This document shows, piece after piece, positions 18,707 to 29,382 of a stretch of 64,000 nucleotides of DNA. A program made the translations under genes and the position numbers. The DNA is from Halarcobacter sp. (GTDB lineage Bacteria; Campylobacterota; Campylobacteria; Campylobacterales; Arcobacteraceae), in NCBI GenBank assembly GCA_963676565.1, contig OY781089.1, forward strand, positions 832,001 to 896,000, written 5' to 3'. The number at the start of each line of letters is the position of its first letter. Position 1 is the stretch's first letter. The notes under the pieces were generated by a model. The model was not told the DNA's origin. It did no database searches and was given only the letters and a program-made list of their open reading frames with translations.

Positions 18707-19528
18707 ATGAATGCAAGACTTGATAGTTGCTTCATCTCAATATGGAGTAATGCCTATTCAATAGGCGATGCAAAAATTGATGCTGAGCATCAAAAACTTT
18801 TTGATATTGCAAATGAGTTAAATGTATGCTCAACAAAAGAGCATTTAACAGTTATTTTAAAAGAACTAATTAAATATACAAAATTCCATTTTGCAAATGA
18901 AGAGAGGTTTATGAGAGAATTAAATTTCTCAAAACTATCTCAACACAAAATCTTACATAAAAACTTAGTCAATGCGTTAAATGAGGTTTTAAAAAAGATT
19001 AGTAATCAAGATGTTGAAGAAACAATTTCCCAATTAACTATATTAGTAAATAAAAATATTCTACAACATATTTTAATAGAAGATAAGAAAGTACACCATG
19101 AAATTAAACCAAGGGAACATTTAAGAGAAAGGTTTAAATGGAATATAGAGTATCAATTAAAAAATCAATTATTAGATGAAGAGCATGAAGGATTATTTGA
19201 TATAGCTTTAAAATCTTTAAATTATCATGGAACTAATATAAAAACACATGTAAAAATCACAATCAATGAATTATATGAATATATGAAAACTCACTTTGTT
19301 CATGAAGAAGAGTATTTAGTTCAAATTGGCTATCCATTATTTGAAGAGCATAGGGCAATTCATGAAAATATTATTGATCAAATGAATGGTTTTATCAAAA
19401 AATTGCCAACTCTATCAATAATTGATTTTGAAAAAAAATTAATTGAATATATGGATATTTGGTTGATTAATCATATCTTATATGAAGATAGGAAAATTAT
19501 TGATTTTGTTCAAAGGAATAAAGTTTAG
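18707..19528 (+). CDS. Two-domain bacteriohemerythrin
   Basis: Two full ligand sets: EHQKL/HFANEE/HKILH/HILIED and EHEGL/HFVHEE/HRAIH/HILYED. Start at ATG 18707 behind GGGGGAGG. Confidence 0.9.
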   Translation: MNARLDSCFISIWSNAYSIGDAKIDAEHQKLFDIANELNVCSTKEHLTVILKELIKYTKFHFANEERFMRELNFSKLSQHKILHKNLVNALNEVLKKISNQDVEETISQLTILVNKNILQHILIEDKKVHHEIKPREHLRERFKWNIEYQLKNQLLDEEHEGLFDIALKSLNYHGTNIKTHVKITINELYEYMKTHFVHEEEYLVQIGYPLFEEHRAIHENIIDQMNGFIKKLPTLSIIDFEKKLIEYMDIWLINHILYEDRKIIDFVQRNKV

Positions 19529-20330
19529 GAAAATTAATTTCTAAATGAAGTTCTAAAAATTTAGTCAAAGCGCAAACCAATGCTTTGGCACACCTTTGTC
19601 TATTCTCTTTTGTGTCTCTACAATTTACATAGGGAAATTCTATTTGAATACCACTAATATTTCTTTTATCTAAAGAGCCATGTAGATATGTATTGTAAGC
19701 TCCTTCATAATAATTATTATCAGCCGCATATGGAAGTTTAACTGATGGGACTGAATCAAAGCCTAAGTTTGTCATCAAACTTCCCATAGAAGATGGTCCT
19801 TTTAATTGATCAATAAAAGATTGTTTTGAAAATTTAGCTAGGTTTTTTATACTTGATTGTTCTTGGTATTCTTTTAGTTGTGTTTCGTGTAGATTTAAAA
19901 CTGAATTATCAAGCATATATCCAAACTCTAGATAATTGTGAGGATGAGATTGTCCATGGATATCAATATAAATCCCTTTTCCAAAATTTTTTTCAACTTC
20001 ATTTTTAGAAAATTTAATTAAATTGTGAAAGGTATCATATATTTTTGATGCTTTCTTATCCTCAAAGGCTTCTATCTTTTTTCTATTTAAATCTATTTTT
20101 TCCCTTGAAATAGAAGCAATTATTGCATAAGGCGTTTCCCCTAAAGTTTTTTCAAACTCTTTAATTATCTCTAATGTTAACTCTTTTGTAAAATCATCTT
20201 TCTCAAAAACACCAGATGTTCTTGTTTTTATTTCATTTGGAAGTTTGTCTCCACCATGGGGAGCGGATAGAATAATTGGAAGAGTTCCTTCATAAAATTC
20301 TATATAATCTTGTGTATTAGAATTAATCAT
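19497..20330 (-). CDS. N-formylglutamate amidohydrolase-like metallohydrolase
   Basis: ILSAPHGG, ISREKIDLNR, IDIHGQSH, IQIEFP. Confidence 0.7.
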   Translation of the reverse strand: MINSNTQDYIEFYEGTLPIILSAPHGGDKLPNEIKTRTSGVFEKDDFTKELTLEIIKEFEKTLGETPYAIIASISREKIDLNRKKIEAFEDKKASKIYDTFHNLIKFSKNEVEKNFGKGIYIDIHGQSHPHNYLEFGYMLDNSVLNLHETQLKEYQEQSSIKNLAKFSKQSFIDQLKGPSSMGSLMTNLGFDSVPSVKLPYAADNNYYEGAYNTYLHGSLDKRNISGIQIEFPYVNCRDTKENRQRCAKALVCALTKFLELHLEINFPKLYSFEQNQ

Positions 20331-21054
20331 ATATAGCTTTTGCTTCTTTATTTCTTTGTCTTTTTAGTTGCATATCAATATATTTTCCATCAATATCTTT
20401 TTTAGTTTTCAATGCTAATGTTTGTTTCTTTTTTTCAGGTGGCTTTATCTCATAAATCTCAAAGCCTGCTTCATTTAAGGATAATCTAACAGAAGTTGCA
20501 ATGGAGTAGGTACTTAAAACGCAATCTTTAGAACTAATTTTATATATATCTTTAAAATACTCTACACTCCATAACTCACGATTAACTTCAGAACTAAAAG
20601 CATCTTGATAGATAATATCTATTGAATCAAGTGTTTTAATATATTCTCTTGCATCACCAACAAAAAGCTCTATTTTTATATTTTCATCTTCATATTTAAA
20701 GTTTTTTGATAATTCAAAAACTATATGTTTGATATCATCAAACTCTCTTGGATAATCAAATTCTATAAGTGATTTTATCAAATCCAAATCAAGCTCTGGT
20801 GAGAAAATTTCAAGTTGAATATCTAAAGAGTTTTTTCTAATATAATATATTGTACTTAAAGTGTTGTATCCTAAACCAAAACAAATATCAAGTATTTTTA
20901 GCTTTGATTTATTTTTATGATAATCAAATGTAGGGATTATATGTTTTATTAAAGACTCTTTGATAGCTCCTGTTTTTATATCATGAAAATGTTGTTTATA
21001 CTTTTTTGAATATAAAGTATTTGAGCCATCATTAGTCTTAACAAATCTATCCAT
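20323..21054 (-). CDS. Stand-alone MnmC N-terminal (MnmD-like) tRNA methyltransferase
   Basis: TNDGSNTLYS, DICFGLGYN, GDAR, YQDAFS...ELWS. Confidence 0.82.
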   Translation of the reverse strand: MDRFVKTNDGSNTLYSKKYKQHFHDIKTGAIKESLIKHIIPTFDYHKNKSKLKILDICFGLGYNTLSTIYYIRKNSLDIQLEIFSPELDLDLIKSLIEFDYPREFDDIKHIVFELSKNFKYEDENIKIELFVGDAREYIKTLDSIDIIYQDAFSSEVNRELWSVEYFKDIYKISSKDCVLSTYSIATSVRLSLNEAGFEIYEIKPPEKKKQTLALKTKKDIDGKYIDMQLKRQRNKEAKAIYD

Positions 21055-21065
21055 ATGTTAAATTA

Positions 21066-21581
21066 TTAACAACCTAGTGATTTTAGTTTTTCTTCTGGTA
21101 AAAAAAGTTCTTTGTTTGACATTACACCAATATCACTATTAATGATATCTTGAGCTATTTGTTTAGCCTCTTCAAGTGAATGCATTTTATAAGTACCACA
21201 TTGGTATTCGTTTAATTCTGGTATATCATTTTGAGATTCAACTTTTAAAACATCTTCCATTGAAAGTTTCCAAGCTTTTGCAACCTCTTCTTCTGAAGGG
21301 TTTCCTAATAAACTCATATAAAAACCTGTTCTACAACCCATTGGAGATACATCAATAATTTCAACTGAATCTGAATTTAAATGTTCTCTAATAAAACCTG
21401 CAAAAAGGTGCTCTAAAGTATGAATACCTTTTTCACCTAACATTTTTTCATTTGGAACACAAAATCTTAAATCAAATACAGTAATAATATCACCTGAAGG
21501 AGACTTCATAGTTTTTGCAACTCTCACTGCTGGAGCTGGCATTATAGTATGGTCTACTCTAAAACTGTCTAATAATGGCAT
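21066..21581 (-). CDS. luxS: S-ribosylhomocysteine lyase (AI-2 synthase)
   Basis: [33 protein letters not shown]. Confidence 0.97.
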   Translation of the reverse strand: MPLLDSFRVDHTIMPAPAVRVAKTMKSPSGDIITVFDLRFCVPNEKMLGEKGIHTLEHLFAGFIREHLNSDSVEIIDVSPMGCRTGFYMSLLGNPSEEEVAKAWKLSMEDVLKVESQNDIPELNEYQCGTYKMHSLEEAKQIAQDIINSDIGVMSNKELFLPEEKLKSLGC

Positions 21582-21632
21582 GATTTATCCTTAATTTTTT
21601 TGTGATTTTATCGAAAATTTTTTTCTATGTGC

Positions 21633-22175
21633 TTAAATTCCATAAGTAACTAAAAGTTTAGAGTTTCCTATTTTAATATCTTTTATAAAACTTCCTAAAA
21701 TAGAATCTTCTGGTACTTTATAAACAGGGTATTCTTTAAAGATTTTATTTACAAGTGGCTCCATTGTAACTATGAAAGTGTTTGAAAATTGTTCACTCAT
21801 TTTTAGTTTTCCAAAATGAAAATCTTCAATTTTTATATTTTTTAAGTAAATAGAAGAAACATCTTTTCTAAATTCTGGCTCACCACTTATTATAAAAGAG
21901 CCCTTTATTGGATTTGTAAATAGGGTTTTTAAACCTAAATTAATACCAACTTTTACACGGTTTTTCACCTTATGCATTTTAATTGTAGGCTTGTTAAGTA
22001 TAAGTGAACCAAATACTAGATTTTTTTCAAAAGGGAATGATTCTTTAAAAGATTGTGAAAGTTCATATTCTGAAACTTTCAATACCAATCCTTCTTTTGA
22101 TAGATTATTTACACATCCTGAAAGTAGAAAAATTATAAAAAAAGCCTTTAAAATAAGAGTAAATGTGTATTTCAT
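21633..22175 (-). CDS. DUF1439/YceB-like lipoprotein
   Basis: Lipobox LLSGC, FPFEK, C-terminal PVYK; the start is uncertain (22175 or 22181). Confidence 0.6.
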   Translation of the reverse strand: MKYTFTLILKAFFIIFLLSGCVNNLSKEGLVLKVSEYELSQSFKESFPFEKNLVFGSLILNKPTIKMHKVKNRVKVGINLGLKTLFTNPIKGSFIISGEPEFRKDVSSIYLKNIKIEDFHFGKLKMSEQFSNTFIVTMEPLVNKIFKEYPVYKVPEDSILGSFIKDIKIGNSKLLVTYGI

Positions 22176-22374
22176 GTTCATATTTATTATAAATCCTTTA
22201 GCTAAGTTTGATATTCTATAGTATAATGGATTAATTTACAATGCATTTTAAATAATAATAAAAATAACTTCTTATATTTAGATAATAATTTTATGAAATC
22301 TTGATATTAGTAATATAAGTTAAAGTTATTTTGACATATAATTGAATCTTAATTCATAAATAATAAGAGGGGAG

Positions 22375-24648
22375 ATGAAAATGTTGGGGAATATTTCTAT
22401 AAAAATGAAGCTTATTATTTCATTTACAATTATCGCATTATTGGTTGTACTTTCTTCTATAACAAGTATTTTCGATTTATCTAAGAGTTCAAAGGGTTTT
22501 CAAAGTTACAAAGGTAGTGTTCAAAATAGTTTATATTTTATACAAATAGAAGAAGAGGTACTAATTCTTAATAATAATCTAAAAAGCTATTTAAATAATC
22601 CAAAAAAAGAAGAAATTGATAAGTTTGCGAAACACTATAAAAATGTTGAAAATTTAATTAATGAAGCTAAGAAAAATAGTAATGAAATTCAAAAACAACA
22701 ACTTTCTTTAATTACTAAAAAATTAGATAGTTATAAAACTAATTTTGATACTTTAATATCATTCATGGAAAAAACCGATGAAATTTATGCAAAAAATTTA
22801 TCAGTAAATGGAAAGAGTATTGAAGAGTTACTTAGTTCTATAATGCTTACCTCTGAAATTGATGAAAAATATGAAGTCTCAGTTCAAGCAGGTTATGCAA
22901 TTAGATTTATGTTATTAGCAAGACTATATACGATGAAGTTTATAGATACAAGTTCTAAAAATGACGTAAAAGAGATAAATAAAGAGTTTGACTATCTTTT
23001 AGAACAATTATCTGACTTAGATGATTTAATAGAAAATGAGATAAGAAAAAATAAGTTGAACCAAATTAGTAAACTTATCCCTTTGTATAAAAATGGAGTT
23101 GATGAGATTGTAAAAATTATCAATGAAAGAGATAAACTAATTTTAGAAAATGATATTTTAGAAAATGATATTGAAAAAGTGATCGAAAAGTTAAAAATTC
23201 AAAGTGAAAAAGCACAGAATTTGATGGGAGAAGAAGTAAGTAGTTTAAATGAAGGGATAAAAAATAAAACAATTATTATTGGACTAATTGTATTGATTTT
23301 AGTAATCTCTTTTTCAATTACAATAGCAAAGGGAATTACAAGTAGTTTAGAAGGTTTGAATAATGGGATATTAAACTTGCTAAATAGTAATGATACCTCT
23401 TCAAGAGTTGAAGTTAAAAATAAAGATGAAATTTCAAAAATTGCACAAAACTTTAATAATTACCTTGAATCTATAGAAAAAGGATTAAATGAGGATGCAA
23501 AAGTAATTGAAGATGTTAAAAGAGTTGTATTTTTAGTAAAAGAGGGTAAAGTAAATCAAGAGGTAAAAATAAAATCTAATAACAAAAATTTAAATGAATT
23601 AAGGGTTTTATTTAATGAGATGTTAGAGGTTTTAAGCTCAAAAATTTCTAATGATATAAATAAGATAGAAAAGGCTTTAGAAACCTATTCAAAACTTGAT
23701 TTTAGACATAGAATTGATAATGCAAATGCAAAAGTTGAAGTTGGATTAAACCAACTTGCAAACACAATAAATGAGATGTTAGTAGAAAATAGAACAAATG
23801 GACTGACGATTGAAGATAGTGCAAAAAAAGTTGTTGAAAATGTTAGAATTGTTAGTAGTGCTTCCAATAATGCAGCGGCATCTATTGAGGAGACTGCAAG
23901 TGCTTTAGATGAAATAACAGCAACAATAACAACTAATACTCAAAATATATTAAAAATGGCAAATTTTGCAAAGGAACTATCAAATTCTGCAAAAGAGGGT
24001 AAAGAATATGCAGGGAAAACTGCTTCCTCTATGGATGAGATTAATGATGAGGTAAATGGTATAAATGATGCTATTTCAGTAATTGATCAAATTGCCTTTC
24101 AAACAAATATCCTTTCACTTAATGCTGCTGTTGAAGCAGCTACTGCTGGAGAAGCAGGTAAAGGTTTTGCTGTTGTAGCTCAAGAAGTTAGAAATCTTGC
24201 AAACAGAAGTGCCCAAGCAGCTAATCAAATAAAAAGATTAGTTGAATCTGCAACAAATAAAGCAAATATTGGTAAAGATGTATCTTCACAAATGATAAGT
24301 GGATATGAAATTTTAACTGAAAATGTTTCTAAGACACTGGAACTTATAGTTGAAGTTGAAGGGGCATTTAAAGAGCAGAAAGATGGAATTGAGCAAATAA
24401 ATTCTGCTATTAATAATCTTGATTCACAAATCCAAAAAAATGCATCTATTGCAAGTCAAACTGAAGAAGTAGCAAATGTTAGTGAAAAAGTTGCTTCTAT
24501 AATTTTAGAAAATGCAAATGCAAAAGAGTTTATTGGAAAAGATAGTTCAGAAAAAAGAAAAAATCTTATTGATACAAAATTTGAAGGTGTTGAAAAAAGA
24601 GCTTTAGAAAAAAGAATTAAAAATGAAGATGATTGGGAAAGTTTTTAG
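22375..24648 (+). CDS. Methyl-accepting chemotaxis protein with a large helical periplasmic sensor
   Basis: Two TMs, HAMP ([12 protein letters not shown]), signalling core [38 protein letters not shown]-terminal DWESF. Confidence 0.95.
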   Translation: MKMLGNISIKMKLIISFTIIALLVVLSSITSIFDLSKSSKGFQSYKGSVQNSLYFIQIEEEVLILNNNLKSYLNNPKKEEIDKFAKHYKNVENLINEAKKNSNEIQKQQLSLITKKLDSYKTNFDTLISFMEKTDEIYAKNLSVNGKSIEELLSSIMLTSEIDEKYEVSVQAGYAIRFMLLARLYTMKFIDTSSKNDVKEINKEFDYLLEQLSDLDDLIENEIRKNKLNQISKLIPLYKNGVDEIVKIINERDKLILENDILENDIEKVIEKLKIQSEKAQNLMGEEVSSLNEGIKNKTIIIGLIVLILVISFSITIAKGITSSLEGLNNGILNLLNSNDTSSRVEVKNKDEISKIAQNFNNYLESIEKGLNEDAKVIEDVKRVVFLVKEGKVNQEVKIKSNNKNLNELRVLFNEMLEVLSSKISNDINKIEKALETYSKLDFRHRIDNANAKVEVGLNQLANTINEMLVENRTNGLTIEDSAKKVVENVRIVSSASNNAAASIEETASALDEITATITTNTQNILKMANFAKELSNSAKEGKEYAGKTASSMDEINDEVNGINDAISVIDQIAFQTNILSLNAAVEAATAGEAGKGFAVVAQEVRNLANRSAQAANQIKRLVESATNKANIGKDVSSQMISGYEILTENVSKTLELIVEVEGAFKEQKDGIEQINSAINNLDSQIQKNASIASQTEEVANVSEKVASIILENANAKEFIGKDSSEKRKNLIDTKFEGVEKRALEKRIKNEDDWESF

Positions 24649-24654
24649 ACTTTC

Positions 24655-25014
24655 CTAAAAGTTAAGGTGCTTTCTTACCATTTTTTTGTAAGCTTTCATA
24701 TGTACCTTTAACATGTTTGGCATAATCTCCTCTTTACAAGCATGAACGATATTTGCAAACTCAGGTTTTGAAAAAATTGTATCTCTATCTCTAGCTAAAA
24801 AAATCAATCTATTCATATCATCATTTAGTTGGATATCTTCTCTATCACAAATAGCATCATATACAAAAAAGAAAGTTTTTCTATCTTCATGGGTCATTTG
24901 ACAAGAGTCATCTAACATTTTTAAAGCAAGTTTTGCTGCATATTCAATCTCTATTGGTTCAAAATTGTGGCTAAGTGCCCAATTGTAAGCTTTTTTATTT
25001 ATATCCATTTGCAT
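24655..25014 (-). CDS. Hypothetical protein
   Basis: AAGGA RBS and a protein-like helical composition; family not recognised. Confidence 0.65.
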   Translation of the reverse strand: MQMDINKKAYNWALSHNFEPIEIEYAAKLALKMLDDSCQMTHEDRKTFFFVYDAICDREDIQLNDDMNRLIFLARDRDTIFSKPEFANIVHACKEEIMPNMLKVHMKAYKKMVRKHLNF

Positions 25015-25047
25015 ATCCTTTATAAAAAGTATGCAATATTTGTACCA

Positions 25048-25428
25048 TTATTCCTTTGGAATATTGTCTAAGAGATTGTTTAGATATTTAGTAGTAACTG
25101 TTTTTTGATAAAAAACATAAATTATAACTAGAATTACTCCTATTCCGTAGGTAAATAAAATCCCTGTTACAACAAGAATAACTAGTATCCAAACATGAAG
25201 TAATTCACCAAAAATATTTAAGGAGATGCATCTTTTTGATTTTTCAATATCAATGTTTAAATCATAGGTAAGGAGCGAGCTTTTAGGTTTAAACCCTTTA
25301 AAGAATAAGGCGTTATCACTAATTGTTGAATCTTTACTAAAAGGAGTTAGCTTATTTTCTAAATAGTTTATAACTTCATCTTTTTGGGTTTGTATATCTT
25401 TTTTTATTTGAATATCAAAAAGTCCCAT
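25048..25428 (-). CDS. Hypothetical membrane protein
   Basis: AAGGA RBS and a C-terminal hydrophobic hairpin. Confidence 0.6.
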   Translation of the reverse strand: MGLFDIQIKKDIQTQKDEVINYLENKLTPFSKDSTISDNALFFKGFKPKSSLLTYDLNIDIEKSKRCISLNIFGELLHVWILVILVVTGILFTYGIGVILVIIYVFYQKTVTTKYLNNLLDNIPKE

Positions 25429-25531
25429 CTTTTTCCTTAAAATATTTCAATAAGTATAACAAGAGTTGATGATTTTATCTATAAATTTATGTTTATAAAA
25501 TATACAGGTGTATAATGAGTTGTTTTAGATT

Positions 25532-25558
25532 AAACAAAGGAGTTTAACTCCTTTGTTT
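25532..25558 (-). terminator. Intrinsic terminator of the PFOR gene
   Basis: aaacaaaggagtt-t-aactcctttgttt just past the stop codon. Confidence 0.7.
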
Positions 25559-25565
25559 GGTTTTA

Positions 25566-28500
25566 TTAAGCGTCTTGACCTTCTATTTCATCTGAATAAT
25601 CAGCTGCTGCCATTCTAGTTAATTGTCTATATCTGTATTGAGCTTCTTTTTTATTTTGTTCTAATAAGAAATCAGCTTTTTCTGGATTTAACTTTTTAAG
25701 AGATCTATATCTATTTTCTCTTAATAGGAACTCTTCATATTTATCCCAATTTGGTTTTTTACCAGAAATTTTGATTGGGTTTTTACCCTCTTCAATTTTT
25801 CTTGGGTCAAAAGTATAAATTGGCCAATATCCACAATCTGTAGCCATTTGCCCTTGGTCAACTGATTTCATCAATCCACCTTGAATACCGTGAGCAATAC
25901 AAGGAGAGTATGCAATAATTAATGATGGTCCATCGTACTCTTCTGCTTCTTTCATAGCTTGTACAGCTTGTTTTTGAGAAGCTCTTGAGTTGATTTGTGC
26001 AACAAAAATATTTCCATAAGTCATAGAGATATAACCTAAGTCTTTTTTCTTGTTTGGTTTACCATCATTAGTAAAGTCTGCAATTGAACCAGTTCTAGCT
26101 GATTTAGAAGATTGTCCACCAGTATTTGAGTAAACTTCTGTATCAACTACAAGCATATTAACATTTTCACCAGTAGCTAATACATGGTCAACACCACCAT
26201 AACCGATGTCATAAGCCCATCCGTCTCCACCGATGATCCATTGTGATTTTCTTACTATGTATTTTTTAAGAGATAATAACTCTTTAACACCTGGTAAGTC
26301 TACATTTTGCTCTAACTGTGGAACTAATTTATCTCTAATTTCTTGAGTCATTTTTCCATTTGATCTATTTGCTAACCACTCTTTATATAATGCTTTAAGT
26401 GGATTAGATGCCGTTTCCATAGTCTCTTCCATGATTCTACCAATTCTGTTTCTGATAGTTTCATTTGCTGCATGCATACCATAACCAAACTCTGCGGCAT
26501 CTTCAAATAATGAGTTTGCCCATGCTGGTCCTTCACCTTTTGCATTTTTAGTAAATGGTGTTGATGGAGCTGATGCTGAATAAATAGAAGTACATCCTGT
26601 AGCATTAGAAATCATCATTCTATCACCAAATAATTGAGTAGCTAATGTAATATATGGTGTTTCACCACAACCTGGACATGCAGAGTGGAATTCAAATAAT
26701 GGCTGTGCAAATTGTGAACCTTGAACAGTGTCTGCTTTTACAAGGTGGTCTTTATATGTTACATCATTAAATAGGTAATCAGCATTTTCTTGTTCATTAT
26801 TCCCATCTTCAACTTCATATGGAACCATTTTAAGAGATTTTTCATTTGTTGGACAAATGTCAACACAAACGTTACATCCTGTACAGTCCATAATTGAAAC
26901 TTGGATTTTATATTTTAATCCTTGATCTTTAGTTCCTTTTGCTTTTGCATCAAGTGAGTGAGTTTTTACACCCTCAGGAGCTTTTTCAAATTCTGCTTCA
27001 TCAAGTAAGAAAGGTCTAATTACAGCATGTGGACACTCAAATGCACATTGATTACATTGAATACAAGTATCTTCATTCCATTGAGGAACCATAGTTGCAA
27101 TTGATCTTTTTTCAAACTTAGTAGAACCATTTTCAAATGTTCCACCTTCCATTCCCATGTTTACAATTGTTGAAACTGGAATCTCATCACCTTTAGCTGC
27201 ATTAACAACTTTTGCAAAGTTTTCAACATATTCTGTACCTTTATATGCTGAATTTACAACTAATGCACCACCATCAAGATTTGACCACTCTTCTAATACT
27301 GGAACTTGCTCTAATCCCGCTTCACCAGAATCAATTGCTAAGTAGTTCATTTTAACAATCTCTTCACCTTTGTTTCCATATGCTTTTTCAGCATATTGTT
27401 TCATATATGTTTTAGCTTCTTCATAAGGAATAATATCAGCAAGTTTAAAGAATGCTGCTTGCATGATTGTATTTGTTCTAGTCCCAAGTCCAATATCCCT
27501 TGCAATTTTTGTTGCGTTGATGATATAAAAATTGATTTTTTTATCTGCTAATAGTTTCTTAACTCTATCAGGGATTCTTTGTTGAACCTCTTCAACTGAA
27601 TAAATTGAATTAAGTAAGAATGTTCCACCATCTTTTAATTTATCAATAACTTCATATTGTTCTAAGTAAACCTCTTTTGAACATGCAACAAATCCAGGAT
27701 TTGATACAAGGTATGTTGATCTAATAGGGTTTTTACTAAATCTTAGATGCGATCTTGTATATCCACCAGATTTTTTAGAATCATATGCAAAATATGCTTG
27801 TGCATATAAATCAGTTTTATCTCCAATAATTTTTACTGAGTTTTTATTAGCCCCAACTGTACCATCCGCACCAAGACCATAGAATAGACACTCATTTACT
27901 TCTTCTACCACTGATACATTTTCACCAACATCAATTGATGTATTAGTTACATCATCAATAATACCAACAGTAAATCTATCTTTAGGTGTTTGTGATGCTA
28001 AGTTATCATATAAAGCAATAATTTGTGCAGGAGGAACATCTTTTGAAGATAAACCATATCTACCACCAATAATTTTTGGTTGCTTATCTGTTCCATAAAA
28101 TACTGATTTTACATCTAGGTATAATGGTTCACCAAGAGAACCTGGTTCTTTTGTTCTATCAATTACACAAATTCTTTCAACAGAATCTGGAAGAACATCC
28201 ATAAAATATTTAGTTGAGAATGGTCTATAAAGATGAACAGTAAGAAGTCCTACTTTTCTTCCTTCAACTTTTGTTAAATAATCAATAGTCTCTTTAATAG
28301 TTTCTGTTACAGAACCCATAGCAATAATAATATCAGTTGCTTCGCTATCTCCATAATAAGTAAATGGAGCATAATTTCTTCCAGTTACCTTTGAAATTTC
28401 TTGCATATAATCATTTACAATATCAGGCACTGCATCATAAAATTTATTACATGCTTCTCTACCTTGGAAATAGATATCATCATTTTGTGCAGTACCTCTT

Positions 28501-29144
28501 GTAACAGGTGATTCTGGATTTAAAGAAGTATCTCTAAACTTTTGAACTGCATCATAATCAATTAATTTATCAAATACATCATAATCCATTACTTCAACTT
28601 TGTTAATCTCATGTGAAGTTCTAAATCCATCAAAGAAGTGTAAGAAAGGTACTCTTCCTTTAATTGCTGCAAGGTGAGCAACCCCACCAATATCCATAAC
28701 TTCTTGAACTGAACCAGTTGCAAGCATAGCAAAACCAGTTGCTCTTGCACTCATTACATCTTGATGATCTCCAAAAATTGAAAGTGCATGAGCAGCTAAA
28801 GCTCTAGCAGATACATGAATTACACCAGGTAGTAATTGACCAGCAACTTTATACATATTTGGTATTTTTAATAATAATCCTTGAGATGCTGTGTAGGTAG
28901 TTGTCAAAGCACCTGCTTGTAATGATCCATGAAATGTACCTGCAGCTCCTGCTTCAGACTGCATTTCAATAACTTTTACTGTAGAACCAAAAAGGTTTTT
29001 CTTACCTTGTGTAGCCCACTTTTCAGTGTTATCACCCATTTGAGAAGAAGGTGTAATAGGATAAACCCCAGCTACTTCAGTGAACGCATATGATACATAT
29101 GCAGCCGCTTCATTTCCATCCATAGTTGCAAATTGTTTTGACAT
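25566..29144 (-). CDS. nifJ: Pyruvate:ferredoxin/flavodoxin oxidoreductase, single-chain NifJ type
   Basis: YPITPSS, MQSEAGAAG, GLGADGTVG, two CxxCxxCxxxCP motifs, ACPGCGE, GGDGWAYDIG (TPP). Confidence 0.96.
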   Translation of the reverse strand: MSKQFATMDGNEAAAYVSYAFTEVAGVYPITPSSQMGDNTEKWATQGKKNLFGSTVKVIEMQSEAGAAGTFHGSLQAGALTTTYTASQGLLLKIPNMYKVAGQLLPGVIHVSARALAAHALSIFGDHQDVMSARATGFAMLATGSVQEVMDIGGVAHLAAIKGRVPFLHFFDGFRTSHEINKVEVMDYDVFDKLIDYDAVQKFRDTSLNPESPVTRGTAQNDDIYFQGREACNKFYDAVPDIVNDYMQEISKVTGRNYAPFTYYGDSEATDIIIAMGSVTETIKETIDYLTKVEGRKVGLLTVHLYRPFSTKYFMDVLPDSVERICVIDRTKEPGSLGEPLYLDVKSVFYGTDKQPKIIGGRYGLSSKDVPPAQIIALYDNLASQTPKDRFTVGIIDDVTNTSIDVGENVSVVEEVNECLFYGLGADGTVGANKNSVKIIGDKTDLYAQAYFAYDSKKSGGYTRSHLRFSKNPIRSTYLVSNPGFVACSKEVYLEQYEVIDKLKDGGTFLLNSIYSVEEVQQRIPDRVKKLLADKKINFYIINATKIARDIGLGTRTNTIMQAAFFKLADIIPYEEAKTYMKQYAEKAYGNKGEEIVKMNYLAIDSGEAGLEQVPVLEEWSNLDGGALVVNSAYKGTEYVENFAKVVNAAKGDEIPVSTIVNMGMEGGTFENGSTKFEKRSIATMVPQWNEDTCIQCNQCAFECPHAVIRPFLLDEAEFEKAPEGVKTHSLDAKAKGTKDQGLKYKIQVSIMDCTGCNVCVDICPTNEKSLKMVPYEVEDGNNEQENADYLFNDVTYKDHLVKADTVQGSQFAQPLFEFHSACPGCGETPYITLATQLFGDRMMISNATGCTSIYSASAPSTPFTKNAKGEGPAWANSLFEDAAEFGYGMHAANETIRNRIGRIMEETMETASNPLKALYKEWLANRSNGKMTQEIRDKLVPQLEQNVDLPGVKELLSLKKYIVRKSQWIIGGDGWAYDIGYGGVDHVLATGENVNMLVVDTEVYSNTGGQSSKSARTGSIADFTNDGKPNKKKDLGYISMTYGNIFVAQINSRASQKQAVQAMKEAEEYDGPSLIIAYSPCIAHGIQGGLMKSVDQGQMATDCGYWPIYTFDPRKIEEGKNPIKISGKKPNWDKYEEFLLRENRYRSLKKLNPEKADFLLEQNKKEAQYRYRQLTRMAAADYSDEIEGQDA

Positions 29145-29293
29145 AAACTATCCTTATCAATTGTTTTTATTGTTCATACTAATTAAAATAAACTTAGACT
29201 ATCTTGAATATTACTCTAAATAAGCTTAGATTAATTAATTTTAAGAATTATTTAAAGCAATTTTGCTAATTCTAAGTTTAATTAAAATGTATG

Positions 29294-29340
29294 ATAAACA
29301 TATGACAATTAAAAGTCCCATTTTATGGTCATATGTTTAT
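29294..29340. promoter_or_regulatory. 13-bp perfect inverted repeat upstream of PFOR
   Basis: ataaacatatgac-N21-gtcatatgtttat; terminator or operator role unresolved. Confidence 0.4.
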
Positions 29341-29382
29341 TATTATGATAAGTGTATAGAAAGTATATAATATAAGAACAGA

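Noticed and set aside
25566..29144. nifJ as evidence of nitrogen fixation
   Set aside because: Single-chain PFOR is a central metabolic enzyme, and no nif structural genes are in the window
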